A stretch of DNA of 63,458 nucleotides, counting the filler, from Octopus bimaculoides (lineage: Eukaryota): NCBI RefSeq assembly GCF_001194135.2. It is 5 parts of 5 records of this genome, joined end to end, with 100 filler letters (N's around TTAATTAATTAA, not from the genome) between each part and the next. Parts side by side here need not be neighbours in the genome. Positions count along the whole stretch, not along the records: positions 62,162 to 63,458 come from NW_026396382.1; 4 more parts are not named here. One strand, written 5' to 3'. Shown piece by piece: positions 62,310 to 63,458 of this stretch. The position numbers and the translations under genes are program-made. Every line of letters starts with the position of its first letter. Within the stretch, counting starts at the first letter, position 1. Below the pieces are notes generated by a model. It was given only the letters and a program-made list of their open reading frames with translations. It did not search any database and was not told where the DNA came from.

Positions 62310-63178
62310 TCACACAGGGTAAACTTCACGAATTTGACTAATGATATTTTTGAAAATATTACCATTAGCATATTTTTGTCTCCACATAAACTCAACCAAA
62401 TAAGTGTCAAGGAGTGAACATGAAGTTCCACTCTTCTTGTTCCTCCGCTTTGCCCTCATCCACAGATTTTCGGCTGTATTAGTGTGGGCTCGTCATAGGA
62501 TCAATGAAATTCATTTGATGATTCACTGTCAGATGTTGGAATCCTCTGTTACCATTGGTGTTGTATGCTCACCACAGATCTGACACCACAGGGGTTCCTG
62601 GTCTCGTGTACTTGTTCAACACTGCCTCAAGGAAATGTTCCTTATTTGTTGTATCAATGCCACCAAAAACCCCCTGGTGTGGTGTCAATCTGCCAACATG
62701 CCCCTTTCTCCATATAAATATGGACTTGTCAATTTGAACCTCTTGTTCAGAGCCACCAAGGATTATAGGATCCATTAATAATTTCTCTGTGCATATGTGA
62801 TGGAGGAAATTCTTCCAATTACAAATAGCCTCACTATTCCACCCCTGCTCTCATTGACATTTGTTTTTGAGATACTTCTTCATATGCCTAGAAGTAAATG
62901 AACATTAAAATTTCTCTTAAGTCCAGATTACTATTGGCAAAGAATGTGTCACATCTCAAACCTTTCTCCTTTCTACATGGCCCTCTACATCTCCATCTCA
63001 AACTTTCCTTTGTTTTACCACACTTTGTCAATTTCATATTTTGGTTACACATCCAACAAACACTCACACAATGTAACAGTCCAATATCTTGGCAAAATGT
63101 AATTGTCAATTCAACAGTTGCTGTTGAGTCAAGCAATTGATGGATATTATAGCTGCTAGTATCAGCTGTTAAGTTCAT
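62310..63178 (-). pseudogene. Merlin (IS1595/IS1016-like, ISXO2 domain) DDE transposase pseudogene
   Basis: N-terminal Cys ribbon (CWMC...WRCRGPC...TFF), LGGSEQEVQIDKSIF.WRK.H.GR, VFGGID, VVSDLW and C-terminus LLDTYLVEFMWR...IISQIREVYPV*, with stops and frameshifts. Confidence 0.85.
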
Positions 63179-63458
63179 AATTAAATAATGAAGTTAAATT
63201 GTGCTTATATAACTTTTTAATCAACTTTGCTATATGTTCTACACTAACTTCTAACGGTTCTATAATGGAACCAGTTGGTTTGGCTACCAGCATTTCAAAA
63301 ATTAAAGTTTATTGAAAATTTTAAAATTTAGCACAATAATGTACTTTTCCAAGCTAAATTGTTGGAGTTGTTTCACATTTTCCAGAAAAATGTTTTTAGA
63401 TGTTATACAGGTTTAAAGTTTGATAATTTTCACCCAATCAAGAAACAGGATTTGGAAG

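Overview
This is AT-rich eukaryotic DNA dense in microsatellites and SINEs. The repeat families look like those of octopus (coleoid cephalopod); this is an inference from sequence recognition. The window has many N gaps. Four identical 100-bp linkers (44 N + TTAATTAATTAA + 44 N, at 17711, 46280, 58000 and 62062) mark scaffold joins, so it is five concatenated segments. Only one credible host gene is present: an intact 388-aa single-coding-exon ORF on the minus strand (18092-19258). It encodes a type II membrane protein with GT-A glycosyltransferase-like motifs, has a clear splice acceptor in its 5'UTR, and lies at the left end of a roughly 29-kb CpG-depleted domain. Everything else recognisable is transposon-derived: a decayed piggyBac whose ends match a TTAA MITE family seen four times nearby; a Penelope-like fragment with inverted repeats carrying hammerhead-ribozyme cores and a tRNA-like Pol III module; R4/Dong-type, RTE and CR1/Jockey-type LINE relics; a Ty3/Gypsy 5' LTR-PBS-gag-protease relic; mariner MITEs; a Merlin transposase relic plus a Merlin-like MITE with an 8-bp TSD; a 306-bp fold-back hairpin; and about 40 tRNA-derived SINEs built from interchangeable head and tail modules. 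SINE families A, B, B', C, D, E and M are my own working labels, and most repeat boundaries are approximate. No prokaryotic operon, CRISPR array, rRNA or bona fide tRNA gene is supported.
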